The notes beneath the pieces are model-generated. The model made no database searches, was not told the origin of the DNA, and saw only the letters and a list, made by a program, of their open reading frames with translations. From Candidatus Schekmanbacteria bacterium (lineage in GTDB: Bacteria > SZUA-182), in contig JACRJN010000162.1 in the NCBI GenBank assembly GCA_016235675.1, positions 1-42,746 on the forward strand: 42,746 nt of DNA, in the 5' to 3' direction. A program made the position numbers and the translations under genes. How positions within the stretch are numbered: the stretch's first letter is position 1; every line of letters starts with the position of its first letter. Positions 16,499 through 25,960 of this stretch are shown in pieces.

Positions 16499-17226
16499 TG
16501 CTTGCTGCCTGCCTCTTTAATCAAATCCGCCATTTGCCTAACCGCCCGTTCGATACCGACAAAAGCGGCGCGGGCGATAATACTATGACCGATGTTCAAT
16601 TCGTTCATAAAAGGAATGGCGGCAATCGGTTGCACGTTACGATAATTTAAATCATGACCGGCGTTTACAACTAATCCCATTTCCCCAGTTGCCTGCCCGG
16701 CCTGAACAATCTTATTCAATTCTTCCGCTTGACGGGAAGATTGTTTGGCTGCGGCATAAATACCAGTGTGGAATTCGATAAAATCGGCTCTGCAAGCTTG
16801 AGCTGCCCTGACTTGCCTGCTATCCGGGTCGATAAAAATACCCGGAGAGACTCCCGCGCTTTTTAGTGCGGCGCATACCCTTTCCAATTCATCCTGAGCC
16901 GCTAAAATATTTAAACCGCCCTCGGTCGTTACCTCCTGAGGTTTCTCCGGCACCAGCGTTACGGTATCCGGCTTTATCTCGCAAGCTATCTTTACCATCT
17001 CCTCGGTGGCGGCCATCTCCAGATTGAGTTTGGTTTTAACCATCCGCCGCAATAAACGCACATCCTCATCCTGGATATGACGGCGGTCTGACCGCAAATG
17101 CACGGTAATACTTTCCGCTCCCGCCATCTCGGCGATTAGCGCCGCGGTGACCGGATCAGGCTCGATCGCCTTGCGCGACTGCCGGATATTGGCAATATGA
17201 TCAACGTTTACACCTAGTTTAGACAT
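16495..17226 (-). CDS. pdxJ: pyridoxine 5'-phosphate synthase
   Basis: VNVDHIANIRQSR motif and TIM-barrel-like length. Overlaps acpS by 4 nt. Confidence 0.9.
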   Translation of the reverse strand: MSKLGVNVDHIANIRQSRKAIEPDPVTAALIAEMAGAESITVHLRSDRRHIQDEDVRLLRRMVKTKLNLEMAATEEMVKIACEIKPDTVTLVPEKPQEVTTEGGLNILAAQDELERVCAALKSAGVSPGIFIDPDSRQVRAAQACRADFIEFHTGIYAAAKQSSRQAEELNKIVQAGQATGEMGLVVNAGHDLNYRNVQPIAAIPFMNELNIGHSIIARAAFVGIERAVRQMADLIKEAGSKQ

Positions 17227-17687
17227 TAATCTTCCCCCATTTTATAAACAAAAGCGCTTTCATCGCAATCCGGAAATTTGACGCACTTTACGCAGTCCGC
17301 CCAAACCTTGTGGGGCAGTTGAGATTTATCGATCGGCACAAAACCGACGGCGGTGAAAAACTGTCCGCGGTAAGTCAGGACAAAGATGCTTTTGATCCCG
17401 TATTCTTTGGCTTCTTTAATCTTGTCTTCCACAAGCTGATGACCGATGCCCTGATTCATATGCTCCACCTGTACGGCCAAAGAGCGAAGCTCCCCCAGAT
17501 TTTCCCAGCAAAAATGCAGGGCGCAGGTAGCGATTATTTCACCATCTTTTTCTGCAACCGAAAATTCCCGCAGCCCTTCATAAATATCGTGCAATGACAA
17601 AGGCAGCATCTTGCCCTTTTGGGCATAGCTGTTGACCAAATGCTGAATTTTCTTGACATCCCCCATTTGTGCCGGACGGATAAGCAT
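17226..17687 (-). CDS. GNAT family N-acetyltransferase (short ArgA-like)
   Basis: Acetyl-CoA binding motif QGIGHQLV and overall GNAT pattern. Confidence 0.65.
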   Translation of the reverse strand: MLIRPAQMGDVKKIQHLVNSYAQKGKMLPLSLHDIYEGLREFSVAEKDGEIIATCALHFCWENLGELRSLAVQVEHMNQGIGHQLVEDKIKEAKEYGIKSIFVLTYRGQFFTAVGFVPIDKSQLPHKVWADCVKCVKFPDCDESAFVYKMGED

Positions 17688-17885
17688 TAATTACCTCTTG
17701 TTAAAAGAAGTCAGGAGACAGGAGTCAGAATAATAGATTAATTTATTCTGACTTCTGTCTCCTGTATTTTCAGATACTGGTATGTGGGGACTTACTACCC
17801 TAAGTCCCCACATATACAGGCTTACACCTGTACCGTTTAGGTTTGCTTATAAATAAAACAAACCCAAACACACCACCCCTAAATC

Positions 17886-18001
17886 CAATACTGGTCACTT
17901 AACGTAGCGCAGACCTTTAGGTCTGCTCCTTCGTTCCCGCCAAAGCCCCACCCCGAAAGCAGGGCTAAAGCCCTGCGCTACGTCTTAAGTAAACAGTATT
18001 G
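17886..18001. repeat. family A element copy
   Basis: About 95% identical to 667-784. Confidence 0.85.
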
Positions 18002-18184
18002 CCCCTAAATCTATAGCTCATTTTAGCAAAGATGGTAGATTAAATCAATAATTGATATTATTTATTTGTTTTTTCAGCGGCACTAAATTATAATCGGCAG
18101 GCGTAATTTTAAAAAGTATATATACTCAAGAGGTTATAATACAAAACTAACTATCCGATTGGCTTCTTTCAAACAAGGGTTATC

Positions 18185-19009
18185 ATGCTCTGGATTCCCA
18201 TGGTCATATCAGCCGCGGTTCTAAACGCCCTCTGGACGGCGTTAAGTCAAAAACATTTGACCGACATGTCGTCCTTTAATTTCACTCTGTTGCTCAGAGG
18301 ACTTACCACCATCTTCTTTTTCCCCTTCTTCCTGCTGGATCTGAAATGGCCGCTTTCCCTGACATTTTGGCTGGCCGCTGGCGGTGCGGGATTACTGGAG
18401 GTTGTGCGCATCGGCTATCTGGCCTACGGAATTCGATCGGACTACTATTCCACTTACGCCATTTACAATACCGCCCCCCTGTTTACCCTGATGATGGTGC
18501 CTTTTATTTTGCCGGAGAAGATTTCTCTTTTACTTTGGCTGGGAGTAAGCTGTATCGTAATCGGGGCTTTTATTTTTTACGGGATGGGAAAACTCTCCAT
18601 ACCTGGTTTAATCTGTGCCATCACTTCTTCACTGAGCGCCGTTTTGAGTAAAATCGCACTCAATGAAAGCCCGGCGATATTCTTTATTTTCGTGTCGTTC
18701 GCTATCGGTGTGTTTAGTATGCTTTTTTTTGCCCGGACAATCCAAAAAAGGGACTTGCACTTTTTATGGCATTGGCCTATAGTTAATAAGCTATTACCTC
18801 TGGCTTTTTTTTCGGCATTGGCAACCGCATTATATTATATGGCATTGGATTTGGCTCCGGTCAGCAAGGTGCAGCCCTTGGTACGGGCGAATCTGCTTTT
18901 CGGATTCATCTTCAGCTATTTTTTGTTGAAAGAAAAGGATAACTGGCAAAAAAAGCTTTTCGCCGGTGGCGTGATATTTATCGGTTGTATTCTGATTGGT
19001 TTGGCCTAA
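18185..19009 (+). CDS. polytopic membrane protein, DMT/EamA-like (putative)
   Basis: 274 aa with about 9-10 hydrophobic helices. No soluble domain. Confidence 0.45.
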   Translation: MLWIPMVISAAVLNALWTALSQKHLTDMSSFNFTLLLRGLTTIFFFPFFLLDLKWPLSLTFWLAAGGAGLLEVVRIGYLAYGIRSDYYSTYAIYNTAPLFTLMMVPFILPEKISLLLWLGVSCIVIGAFIFYGMGKLSIPGLICAITSSLSAVLSKIALNESPAIFFIFVSFAIGVFSMLFFARTIQKRDLHFLWHWPIVNKLLPLAFFSALATALYYMALDLAPVSKVQPLVRANLLFGFIFSYFLLKEKDNWQKKLFAGGVIFIGCILIGLA

Positions 19010-19027
19010 AGCATGGGGCGTATAAGC

Positions 19028-19140
19028 GCTAACTTAAACGTAGCGCAGGGCTTTAGCCCTGCTTTCTGACACACATCAAACCCGGTAGCCGGTAGCAGAC
19101 CTAAAGGTCTGCGCTACATTTAAATGCCTTAAGTTAGCGC
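19028..19140. repeat. family A' element copy
   Basis: Matches 1879-1988 and 32431-32514. Confidence 0.85.
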
Positions 19141-19162
19141 TTATGCGCATGAGGCGTAAGTC

Positions 19163-19957
19163 ATGAAAATTGAAGCAGTGAAACCACTTAATAACTTTTT
19201 GGAATATTTAGGAGAAAGGTTTACTTCCTTCATAGAAGAAACCGGGAATATTACCCTTCTTTTCATTGAAACCCTAAAATGGTGCCTCCGCCCGCCCTTC
19301 CGTCTTAAACATGTTGTTGATCAAATGGAGGAAGTGGGGGTTAATTCACTGCCGGTAGTTTTGATCACCGCCACTTTTACCGGGATGGTACTGGCTCTGC
19401 AAAGTTATACCGGCTTCCAGCGCTTTAATGCCGAATCTTTAGTGGGAACGGTAGTCGCGCTCTCCATGACCAGGGAATTGGGGCCGGTTTTGACCGGATT
19501 GATTGTTGCCGGCCGCGCCGGTTCCGCCATGGCTGCTGAACTGGGCACCATGCGGGTGACGGAGCAAATCGACGCCCTGTCGACTCTGGCGGTCAATCCT
19601 ATTCATTATTTGATCGTTCCCAGACTGGTGGCTTCCTTTATCATGATTCCGACGCTGGTTATCATCTCCGATGTCGTCGGCATCTTAGGCGGCTACGCGG
19701 TCAGCGTTCGCCTTTTGGGAGCCAATCCGGTTATTTACATGAAACGGACTATCAACCACCTGGAATTAAACGATATTTATACCGGCTTACTCAAAGCGGC
19801 GGTATTCGGAGCAATTATCGCTCTCATCGGCTGCTATAAAGGCTTTTACACCAGCGGCGGAGCGGAAGGCGTAGGCAAGGCCACTACCGGCTCGGTAGTA
19901 ATTTCCTCCATGTTGATTTTGATTTGCGATTATATTTTGACCGCTTTGTTGTTTTGA
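19163..19957 (+). CDS. mlaE: MlaE/YrbE family ABC transporter permease
   Basis: Conserved MlaE core (STLAVNPIHYLIVPRLVA...GGAEGVGKATT). Confidence 0.75.
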   Translation: MKIEAVKPLNNFLEYLGERFTSFIEETGNITLLFIETLKWCLRPPFRLKHVVDQMEEVGVNSLPVVLITATFTGMVLALQSYTGFQRFNAESLVGTVVALSMTRELGPVLTGLIVAGRAGSAMAAELGTMRVTEQIDALSTLAVNPIHYLIVPRLVASFIMIPTLVIISDVVGILGGYAVSVRLLGANPVIYMKRTINHLELNDIYTGLLKAAVFGAIIALIGCYKGFYTSGGAEGVGKATTGSVVISSMLILICDYILTALLF

Positions 19958-19966
19958 GATAAACAA

Positions 19967-20281
19967 ATGAAATGGTTTAAGGATATTCATAAACGGCGGA
20001 TCAGGCTAACCGATGAGCGGCAAGAACATTTCCAGATTTGCCATCCGGAAATGCCGGGGCAAAATGATAATATACAAAAAACCTTAATTGAGCCGGATAT
20101 TGTTGTAAAATCCAAAACTGATGTAACTATTGAAATGTTCTATCGTTTTTTCAATAATACACCGGTCGGCGCTAAATATTTATGCGTTATAGTAAAAATA
20201 TCTGGTAAAGACTTCTTTATTGTAACGGCATATTTTACAGATACGATAAAAAGGGGTGAAGTCTTATGGCAAAAAACGTAG
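19967..20281 (+). CDS. DUF4258-like putative toxin
   Basis: 104 aa. Overlaps the downstream DUF2283 gene by 16 nt. Confidence 0.4.
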   Translation: MKWFKDIHKRRIRLTDERQEHFQICHPEMPGQNDNIQKTLIEPDIVVKSKTDVTIEMFYRFFNNTPVGAKYLCVIVKISGKDFFIVTAYFTDTIKRGEVLWQKT

Positions 20282-20481
20282 AGATTTGGTACGACAAGGA
20301 GGGCGACTACCTTGAAGTGCTATTTGAACGCAAAGCCGGTTATTTTAAAGCAACCGACAATGACGCGGTAATGGAAAAGGTTGACCATGAGGGGAACATG
20401 ATCGGTTTCTCCATCCTTAAGATTAGTGCATTAAAAAAGCAGAAGCCCTTATCGGTCAGCTTGGAAAGTAAGGCGGCTTAA
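20266..20481 (+). CDS. DUF2283 family protein (putative antitoxin)
   Basis: YDKEGDYLEVLF...DHEGNMIGFSIL, typical of DUF2283. Confidence 0.55.
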   Translation: MAKNVEIWYDKEGDYLEVLFERKAGYFKATDNDAVMEKVDHEGNMIGFSILKISALKKQKPLSVSLESKAA

Positions 20482-20556
20482 TGTTTTCGTGCTTTTCGTG
20501 TAATTCGTGGCTAAAATATTTTTTCCCCATAACCTCATAGAGGAGGAAGAAATTAT

Positions 20557-21195
20557 ATGAAACATATCCGGCTTGTAATGCTGGGATTAGTCCTGGCCCT
20601 CCCGCTTTCCTTGTCGGCGGCTGAAGAAGAACACAATGCTGCACCCGCCCAGGAACATCATGCGGCAGCGCATGAGCAAACACATGAATCAACGGCTGAA
20701 CAGCATACCGGCGGCGAAACTGCCTCCCATGAAGCGGAACAATCCAGGCATGGCACCGAACATGCGGCTCCGGCAGCAGAACACGGCACGGCTCAGCATG
20801 GGCAAGCACAGGGCGGACATGAAACCGGTCAGGGCAAACATAGTGCCGGTCACGATGAACACGGCGGCGGGCATGGGGCGGGGCACGCAGAGCATGTCTA
20901 TACCGCAACCACTACCGATTTTGTGGGGACCCTGGCCTTAGGTTTTATTGCCACAATCCTGATGGCCCTGGCTATCGGCATTCGCCATGAAAACAAAAAG
21001 CACGCTCATCACGGCGGACACGGCGATAGCGATGGACATGACGGACACGACAAGGGTCATGATGACAGCCATGGCAAGCATGGACACGATGACAAAAAAC
21101 ATGAAGGTCATGATTTCCATGGCAACGGACACAGCCAAGGTCACGAAAAAGAGCACGACAAAAAACACGGCGGGCAGGAACATCCCGGACATTAG
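20557..21195 (+). CDS. histidine-rich membrane-anchored protein (signal peptide, His/Glu-rich ectodomain, one TM helix, His/Asp/Gly/Lys-rich tail)
   Basis: RBS aggagg. Signal peptide, TM segment FVGTLALGFIATILMALAIGI, and tails with (H-G/D/K)n runs. The minus-strand ORFs over the same span are Met/Val-rich compositional artefacts. Confidence 0.6.
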   Translation: MKHIRLVMLGLVLALPLSLSAAEEEHNAAPAQEHHAAAHEQTHESTAEQHTGGETASHEAEQSRHGTEHAAPAAEHGTAQHGQAQGGHETGQGKHSAGHDEHGGGHGAGHAEHVYTATTTDFVGTLALGFIATILMALAIGIRHENKKHAHHGGHGDSDGHDGHDKGHDDSHGKHGHDDKKHEGHDFHGNGHSQGHEKEHDKKHGGQEHPGH

Positions 21196-21214
21196 GGACT
21201 TAGAAGATATTGAC

Positions 21215-21300
21215 ATACCCCCCCACCCTAACCCTCCCCCGCAAGGGGGGAGGGAATTTATCCCCCTCCCCCTTGATGGGGGAGGGACAGGGTGGGGGTG
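21215..21300. repeat. G/C-homopolymer palindromic hairpin (family G)
   Basis: cccccaccctaaccctcccccgcaaggggggagggaa...ccccctcccccttgatgggggagggacagggtgggggtg. A related ccctaaccctctcccggagggagaggg lies at 25915-25950. Confidence 0.7.
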
Positions 21301-21357
21301 ATTATCACGATCCAGAAACCGTATATTTTAAAATTCCAAGTCCATTAGAAGGATGCA

Positions 21358-22878
21358 ATGAACCAGCAAGACAATATGCAAACCAAAGACTACTGGCGCG
21401 GACGTCTAAGCGGCAAAATGCCTGAAAACGTCCTCAATTTTATCAGCAGCTTAAATGAAGATGCACGGTTGGTGGAAATCGATATAGATGTGGTACAGGC
21501 TCACAACCTGATGCTTTACAGGCAAAACATCATTAGTAAAGAAGATGCCGCCAAAATCATGGACGGACTGGAAAAAGCCCGCAGCGCCTGGCAATCCGGC
21601 CAATTGAAACTAGCCAATTATATCGACATACATCCTTTGGTGGAAAGCTATCTCATGGATAGCTACGGGGTGGAAATCGGGGGCAAAAGTCATTTAGGCA
21701 AAAGCCGCAACGATCAGGTGATGGCGGATGTGCGAATCTATTTACGCAACGCCACCCTGGAAACTTCAGAATTGTTAGCCGATTTTTGCGATATTCTGCT
21801 TAATTTAGCTCAGGCACACACCCAAACCCTGATGCCCGGCTATACCCACACTCAGCAAGCCCAGGTAATCACTCTGGCGCACTATCTTCTTTCCTACAGC
21901 GGCGCCTTCCAGCGGGATATGGAACGACTGGAGCAATGCTATTCCCGGATCAACCTCAATCCCCTGGGAGCTTGCGCTCTGGCTGGTACTTCCTTGCCCT
22001 TAGATCGAAATTACACCAGCGAATTACTGGGCTTCGACGATGTCTTGGAAAACAGCATCGACGCTATTTCCAACCGGGATTTTGCCGTAGAGCTGGCGGG
22101 ACATTTGGCCAATCTGATGGCGACTTTGAGCCGTATGGCCAACGATTTGATCCTCTGGTCAAGCTATGAATTCGCCATGGTGGAACTGGCCGATGAATTG
22201 ACCGACATCAGCAGTGCCATGCCGCAAAAGAAAAACCCCTGCCCGCTGGAAATGCTGCGGGGAAAAACCGGGACGGTCTACGGCAATCTGATGCAACTGC
22301 TTACCATGCTCCATGCCACACCTACCGGTTACAATAAAGATTTGCAGGAAACTAAGCCCCCGCTCTGGCAGGCTTTGGACACGGTTCAAGCCTCTTTAAG
22401 GGTTTTGTGTCAGGTATGGAACAACATCACCATCAAAAAAGAGCGCATGTATCAACTGGTCTGCGAAAATCAAATCACCGCCCTGGATTTGGCGGAATTA
22501 TTGGTAAGATCGGGACTGGCCTTCCGGCAGGCGCATTTTCTGGTCGGTCAACTGGTAAGGGAATGTTCCAGGCAGGGAAAGGCCGCCTGGCAGAATCTTA
22601 ACGTAAAGCAGGTAAACGATACCGCCCAAACAGTTGCAGGCAAAACCCTGGAATTGAACCAGGAAGAATTGAGCGCCGCCATCAATCCGGCGCAAAGCGT
22701 AGCCAGCCGCTCAGTAATCGGCGGCCCGGCGGAAATCCAGACCAAGGCCGCCTTGATAAAACAACGGCAAAAATTATCCGAACAGCGTCAAAAGGCTGAA
22801 GATAAAAGAGCGAAGCTGAAGTCAACTCATGAGAATTTAAAAATGTCGGTAAGGGATTTACAGATAAATCCAGCTTAA
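21358..22878 (+). CDS. argH: argininosuccinate lyase
   Basis: Fumarate-lyase signature SSAMPQKKNP. Has a roughly 50 aa charged C-terminal extension. Confidence 0.9.
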   Translation: MNQQDNMQTKDYWRGRLSGKMPENVLNFISSLNEDARLVEIDIDVVQAHNLMLYRQNIISKEDAAKIMDGLEKARSAWQSGQLKLANYIDIHPLVESYLMDSYGVEIGGKSHLGKSRNDQVMADVRIYLRNATLETSELLADFCDILLNLAQAHTQTLMPGYTHTQQAQVITLAHYLLSYSGAFQRDMERLEQCYSRINLNPLGACALAGTSLPLDRNYTSELLGFDDVLENSIDAISNRDFAVELAGHLANLMATLSRMANDLILWSSYEFAMVELADELTDISSAMPQKKNPCPLEMLRGKTGTVYGNLMQLLTMLHATPTGYNKDLQETKPPLWQALDTVQASLRVLCQVWNNITIKKERMYQLVCENQITALDLAELLVRSGLAFRQAHFLVGQLVRECSRQGKAAWQNLNVKQVNDTAQTVAGKTLELNQEELSAAINPAQSVASRSVIGGPAEIQTKAALIKQRQKLSEQRQKAEDKRAKLKSTHENLKMSVRDLQINPA

Positions 22879-22885
22879 CCTTCTT

Positions 22886-24145
22886 CTACCACCCAATATC
22901 CAGCGAAGCGATGACTGACTGATCCTTTAAGTTTTTCACCTCGAAGGATTGCTTGTAGCCTAAGCTTGCCTTGATTTTCTTGGTAAAGTAATAAGTAAAC
23001 TGTCCTAAGGCAACAGTTTGATATTTATAATCGGATTCCACATCGGATTGTAACTGATGCACCCTGAACACCTCTCCCCTTAAACTCAATTTGTCAGGAA
23101 CAATCTGCCCTACAAAACCAAGTGAAGGGACTAAATCCTGCTCCACCGGCAGATTATTGATGGCCTCAGATACCCATTGCAGTTCTTCCGGCACCAATCC
23201 GGCAGGGATTTCCTTTTTCAATGCCTGATACATAATGCCTGCACTTACGCTGAATCTGGGGTCAAAGGCGTAGGAGTATTTTAGCCCGATACCGCCCCCG
23301 TATTCAAAATACCCGCCCCCGTCGGGAAACAGGGCTGACTTGATGTAAGTGGCGTTAGCGGTCAGGTTAACGATCCACTCCACTAGGTATTTGCGGCCAT
23401 AAGCTCTGAATTTGTAAAAGGGCAGGATGGAAAGATACTTGAAGTCGGATTCCAACTCATCCTCTACCGTTAATTGCCGATAGGGAAGGGCTATCCCCAA
23501 AGAATGTTTGCTGTCCTCCCCAAACTTATGTTCGTAATTGAACATCCCGCTGCTGCCGTTAGCCTTATCTTTATTTTTCCCGACCGTCATATAATCATAT
23601 TGCCCGCTGACCACTATATCTTTATTGGTAACCGGCATAAACAACATTTGTGAATTACTGGACGAAGCGGTCGGCGCCGGACTGATATTGGTAAAAAGCT
23701 GCTGGATGTTATAGCCGGTATTGGTCGAACCGGTTATGCTGCTTTCCGGGGAAGCGCCGAAAACAATGGTCAGCAGGGTGTCTTTATTGTCTTTAGCCCA
23801 ATCCACCAAAGCGGTTTTGCTCCCCGAAAAGACAAGGGTCTTGCCGGCGCCCGTAAGGGTCAAGTCAACCGTGTCCGTATCGCCGAAATTATTGGCAATT
23901 CCGTCCACGTTTGTAATAGTAAAGGTCAATGTCCCATTATAGGCCGAAGCGGTTACCGGTGTCCCGTCCACAATTTCATTACCGGGGGAAAGCTTTTGCA
24001 GAATTTCTTCCCAGCCTCCTGCCCTGGCTTTGGTTGGATTGATTGCCGACAACAAAAAGATTCCGCATAACAGTGCCCGACCGACGTGCTTCTTCATAAA
24101 GCTCCCTTCTGCAACTACACCATGGGTTGCTTGTAATACATCCAC
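22886..24145 (-). CDS. secreted protein, probable outer-membrane beta-barrel
   Basis: Signal peptide. The C-terminal half is rich in alternating hydrophobic/aromatic residues and ends ...SLDIGW with an aromatic residue. Confidence 0.45.
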   Translation of the reverse strand: MDVLQATHGVVAEGSFMKKHVGRALLCGIFLLSAINPTKARAGGWEEILQKLSPGNEIVDGTPVTASAYNGTLTFTITNVDGIANNFGDTDTVDLTLTGAGKTLVFSGSKTALVDWAKDNKDTLLTIVFGASPESSITGSTNTGYNIQQLFTNISPAPTASSSNSQMLFMPVTNKDIVVSGQYDYMTVGKNKDKANGSSGMFNYEHKFGEDSKHSLGIALPYRQLTVEDELESDFKYLSILPFYKFRAYGRKYLVEWIVNLTANATYIKSALFPDGGGYFEYGGGIGLKYSYAFDPRFSVSAGIMYQALKKEIPAGLVPEELQWVSEAINNLPVEQDLVPSLGFVGQIVPDKLSLRGEVFRVHQLQSDVESDYKYQTVALGQFTYYFTKKIKASLGYKQSFEVKNLKDQSVIASLDIGW

Positions 24146-24204
24146 GGCAATTCGCTACTAAAAACTTAAAACTAACGATTTCAATTATTCTGACTTCCGG
24201 ACTT

Positions 24205-24849
24205 CTAATTATCCCGCAAACTTATCTGAGAACTCTCCATAACCACCCCGCGAAAGCTGCGGCGGTGAATCGGGCAGGGGCCGTGCTTTTCCAGGGCGGC
24301 CAGATGTTCGCTGGTGCCGTATCCCTTGTGGGAGGCAAAATTATAGCGGGGATATAAATTGTGCATCTGTTCCATCCAATGATCACGGGCAACCTTGGCG
24401 ATAATCGAGGCGGCGGCGATGGAGAGGCTTAAGGTATCGCCCTTTTTGATACCCTTCTGAGGGATGCTCAACTTGGGGATAGTCAAGGCATCGACCAATA
24501 AAAAATTGGGGCAGACGGAAAGATCGGCTACCGCTTGCTGCATGGCGCAATAAGTGGCCTGTAAAATATTAATTTCATCGATGATGTTTTCCGGTATCAT
24601 GCCGATGCCGATGCTGAGGGCGTGTTCCCGGATAAGATGATAGTAATGTTCGCGTTTTTGCGGGGTTAATTGCTTGGAATCGTTGATCCCCGAAAACTTT
24701 TTGTAATCCTTCGATCCTTCCAAATCAGGAGGCCAGATAACGGCGGCGGCCACCACCGGGCCTGCCAGCGGCCCCCGCCCGGCTTCATCAATTCCGGCAA
24801 TTAAATTAAACCCCGCCGCATAAGCGTCATGCTCATATCTCAACACCAC
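24205..24849 (-). CDS. rnhB: ribonuclease HII
   Basis: IAGIDEAGRGPLAGPVV motif. Confidence 0.9.
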   Translation of the reverse strand: MVLRYEHDAYAAGFNLIAGIDEAGRGPLAGPVVAAAVIWPPDLEGSKDYKKFSGINDSKQLTPQKREHYYHLIREHALSIGIGMIPENIIDEINILQATYCAMQQAVADLSVCPNFLLVDALTIPKLSIPQKGIKKGDTLSLSIAAASIIAKVARDHWMEQMHNLYPRYNFASHKGYGTSEHLAALEKHGPCPIHRRSFRGVVMESSQISLRDN

Positions 24850-24959
24850 CCACCTCCTTGCTTTGGATTGATTAAGAATATATCCGTAAATAACTTTTCC
24901 CTCTTTGGCAAAGAGGGGTTGGGGAGATTTTCAAATTGAATCTAACCTTAAGTAATTAT

Positions 24960-25166
24960 TCAAACACGACATATTGTCAAAAGATTAAATTCTTTATGGA
25001 AATTACAATTTGTTCCCTGCATCCGTTTTATATCCAAATTCGAGGTATAAGGATTGATTGACAATATTCTCAGCATTGAGAAGATTTTAACCTGAAATTT
25101 TTCTTCCAAACCTAAAATATCTTTTTCAACCCTCTTGGGAACAATTACTTTATAGGGCATTAGCAC
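24960..25166 (-). CDS. RelE/ParE-like toxin (putative)
   Basis: 68 aa. Overlaps the upstream small acidic ORF. Confidence 0.3.
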   Translation of the reverse strand: MLMPYKVIVPKRVEKDILGLEEKFQVKIFSMLRILSINPYTSNLDIKRMQGTNCNFHKEFNLLTICRV

Positions 25167-25342
25167 TTGGCCTTTCGCTCTAATTCCTCCAGAGTAATAT
25201 AATTCCCTTCCTGTATTTCCTTGCGGGCAAGCTCTATATCCTGTAAATCCTCCTCCGTATAATCCAACGCTTCTTGCAACAAAGTTTGGTCGAGAACCTG
25301 AAGCTCCTGATCAATCTTATTGATAATGGCTTGTTTATTCAT
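25160..25342 (-). CDS. small acidic antitoxin-like protein
   Basis: 60 aa helical, acidic. Overlaps the downstream toxin-like ORF. Confidence 0.3.
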   Translation of the reverse strand: MNKQAIINKIDQELQVLDQTLLQEALDYTEEDLQDIELARKEIQEGNYITLEELERKAKC

Positions 25343-25362
25343 AATCAGTTCTTTCCAAACAT

Positions 25363-25755
25363 TTATTCCGCTTGAGCGGTTGCTTTGGCGGCGGACGTTG
25401 CTACGCCATACAGATTCTTAGCCCGTACCTGGGCGGCCTTACCCTTTTTGCCGCGCAGATAATAGAGGCAGGCGCGGCGGACGTTGCCTTCACGCACCAT
25501 ATCGATTTTGTCCACGATGGGCGAGTTGATGGGGAAAATACGCTCGACGCCTACGCCGTAGGACACCTTACGTACGGTAAAGGTCTCTTTCAACCCCCGG
25601 CCGCGGCGGCGCATAACAATCCCTTCATAAACCTGGATTCTGGATTTATCGCCTTCTTTAATCTTCACGTGTACTTTAACAATATCCCCACTTCTGAAAT
25701 TGAGGACATTCTTCCTGGCAAGACTTTGCTCAAGATTTTCTATCACCATGCTCAT
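25363..25755 (-). CDS. rplS: 50S ribosomal protein L19
   Basis: [16 protein letters not shown]...RIQVYEGIV. Confidence 0.9.
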   Translation of the reverse strand: MSMVIENLEQSLARKNVLNFRSGDIVKVHVKIKEGDKSRIQVYEGIVMRRRGRGLKETFTVRKVSYGVGVERIFPINSPIVDKIDMVREGNVRRACLYYLRGKKGKAAQVRAKNLYGVATSAAKATAQAE

Positions 25756-25789
25756 CTGAAAATTCTCCTTCGACGTTATTCAATTAAGC

Positions 25790-25960
25790 TCCTTCTCCCC
25801 CTGGAAGAAGGTTGGGATGAGGGTACAAATTAGGCTTGAGGCCTGAATAGTGAGACTTGAGGAAATACCATTTCCCCCTCATCCCTCAAGCCTCAGGTCT
25901 CAAGCCTATTTTAAGGTACCCTCACCCTAACCCTCTCCCGGAGGGAGAGGGAATATACGC
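25790..25960. repeat. cluster of family G hairpins between rplS and trmD
   Basis: gggatgagggt...ccccctcatccc and ccctaaccctctcccggagggagagggaat palindromes. Confidence 0.6.

Noticed and set aside
17712-17814. Two strong hairpins (a 22 bp stem at 17712-17764 and atgtggggactt...aagtccccacat) initially read as a bidirectional terminator
   Set aside because: They lie in a divergent promoter region between the GNAT start (minus strand) and the DMT gene start (plus strand), so no gene ends there. They are more likely another small repeat element.
20456-21216. Minus-strand ORFs (150 aa and 92 aa) opposite the His-rich gene
   Set aside because: They are Met/Val/Ala-rich low-complexity mirrors produced by the reverse complement of CAT/CAC His codons. 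The plus-strand gene has an RBS and a signal-peptide/TM architecture.
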